A stretch of 64,000 nucleotides of DNA from assembly GCA_010093605.1 (NCBI GenBank), contig MU004192.1, forward strand, positions 1,000,882-1,064,881, read 5' to 3'. Source of the stretch: Lophium mytilinum. Taxonomy: Eukaryota. The notes under the pieces were generated by a model. It was not told where the DNA came from and made no database searches. It saw only the letters and a program-made list of their open reading frames with translations. This document shows positions 63,987 to 64,000 of this stretch, piece after piece. The position numbers and the translations under genes were made by a program. Within the stretch, counting starts at the first letter, position 1. Each line of letters begins with the position of its first letter.

Positions 63987-64000
63987 GATGGAAGTCTGCT

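Overview
Gene-dense, intron-containing nuclear DNA of a filamentous ascomycete (Pezizomycotina, probably a Dothideomycete, inferred from protein style). I reconstructed about 21 protein-coding genes by hand from GT-AG/branch-point signals: a Zn2Cys6 TF running off the left edge, RPL15, a PLOD-GT-like membrane protein, a frameshifted DUF3632 gene, a secreted Cys-rich protein, a long J-domain protein, a Pcl1-type cyclin, a HET-6-like protein, MRC1, an NDUFAF2-like factor, an F-box-like orphan, MED1, glutamine synthetase, a small Cys/His protein, a ~1270-aa uncharacterised protein, an Mgr3-like TPR protein, HMCES/SRAP, an isochorismatase-AlkB-GST fusion, ECH1 and RACK1/cpc-2. There is also an intron-containing tRNA-Glu(CTC) and a U24-type box C/D snoRNA inside a RACK1 intron. 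No intact transposon or CRISPR array was seen. Best leads: (1) the 46.8-50.7 kb protein appears to carry a fused H2B-H2A-like double histone fold plus four copies of a short D(L/F)xDFxRxxxP motif; (2) a pseudo-isochorismatase/AlkB/GST fusion directly downstream of the abasic-site protein HMCES; (3) several long introns that fold into nested hairpins or are stop-free and in frame; (4) a G11 homopolymer frameshift in the DUF3632 gene. All calls are from reading the sequence; no database search was run.
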